A stretch of 51,203 nucleotides of DNA from contig JAYGED010000178.1 of assembly GCA_046582565.1 (NCBI GenBank), forward strand, positions 1 through 51,203, given 5' to 3'. The notes under the pieces are model-generated. The model saw nothing but the letters and a program-made list of their open reading frames with translations. It was not told where the DNA came from and searched no databases. Shown here piece by piece: positions 50,685 to 51,203 of this stretch (the first letter of the stretch is position 1; each line of letters begins with the position of its first letter). The stretch comes from Alphaproteobacteria bacterium. Its GTDB lineage: Bacteria; Pseudomonadota; Alphaproteobacteria; JAAXGF01. Position numbers and translations under genes: made by a program.

Positions 50685-50805
50685 TCAGCCTCATAGCATT
50701 CTCCGACCGTTAACGATCGGAGAAGCAAGCGAGCAAGCGCGAGCCGCCGGCTTACCCGGCGTAAGCCTGCGTGGCGACTGAACGCAGGGAGCCCTTGGGC
50801 GACCG
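50685..50805 (+). repeat. ~120-bp multi-hairpin interspersed repeat, copy 2
   Basis: Near-identical to 40266-40389. Confidence 0.9.
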
Positions 50806-50823
50806 TAAGGGGGAATTCCCGAG

Positions 50824-51203
50824 ATGAGTAATCAGACCGTTGGCGATCAGCCCTTCCGCTTCTTCGATAACCGCGAGAAATATCTCATGTTCGTCACCAC
50901 CTGCGGTGAGAAGCAGGTGACCGCCGAACGCATCGGCCGAGAACTCGATCAGCTCAAGCCGCGCCCGCCGGCGATCCGGCTGTTTGACGCCGGCATGGGC
51001 GACGGCACGGTCCTCAGCATGGTGCTGCGCGATATTCACCGGCGCTGGCCGACGTCGCCTATCATGGTTGTCGGCAAGGAGATCAGCCGCGAAGACATGC
51101 GCATCACCACCGGCAAGCTGGCCGACCGGTTTTACGAACATCCCCAGATGGTCATCGCCCTGACCAACATGTTCTACAGCGAAGCGCCCTATCTGTTGCC
51201 CAA
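50824..51203 (+). CDS. Putative SAM-dependent methyltransferase-like protein (runs off the window's right edge)
   Basis: Manual translation MSNQTVGDQPFRFFDNREKYLMFVTTCGEK...LFDAGMGDGTVL...VVGKEIS, open to the end with host-like codons and a DAGxGDG motif. Confidence 0.75.
   Translation, partial: MSNQTVGDQPFRFFDNREKYLMFVTTCGEKQVTAERIGRELDQLKPRPPAIRLFDAGMGDGTVLSMVLRDIHRRWPTSPIMVVGKEISREDMRITTGKLADRFYEHPQMVIALTNMFYSEAPYLLP

Overview
High-GC (roughly 65%, estimated by eye) alphaproteobacterial chromosome segment with Rhodospirillales-like gene order. The left edge is the boundary of an integrative element: the N-terminus of a tyrosine integrase (missed by the ORF track), putative arm sites and a displaced 3' fragment of tRNA-Arg(ACG). 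The rest is a housekeeping backbone: sdhCDAB, mcl/mch-like, tadA, ribF-ileS-lspA-DUF3035-M16 pair, pgi-mutL, clpB, rodZ-ispG-hisS-hemA-prfA-prmC, lysC, ubiG, comF-grxC-nitrilase-DUF1178, argJ-mutT, secA. It is interrupted by many one- or two-gene islets. The most unusual signal is that several islets are bracketed by diverged remnants of the neighbouring genes' own ends. At 7441-9250 a GNAT gene sits inside duplicated gene junctions that form a 40-aa chimeric mini-ORF, and the differences between the GFA-start copies are mostly synonymous. This suggests gene accretion by recombination with DNA from a related lineage. Other points: a two-copy ~120-bp multi-hairpin repeat, a RIME-like element, an orphan Flp pilin, a PemK/MazF-like toxin-antitoxin islet with a triple GATATC operator, a translationally coupled DUF1989-GNAT-flavoprotein operon with a palindromic operator, and a glutamyl-tRNA reductase (C5 haem route). 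Two genes carry frameshifts that may be sequencing errors. Family calls come from motif recognition; no database search was run.
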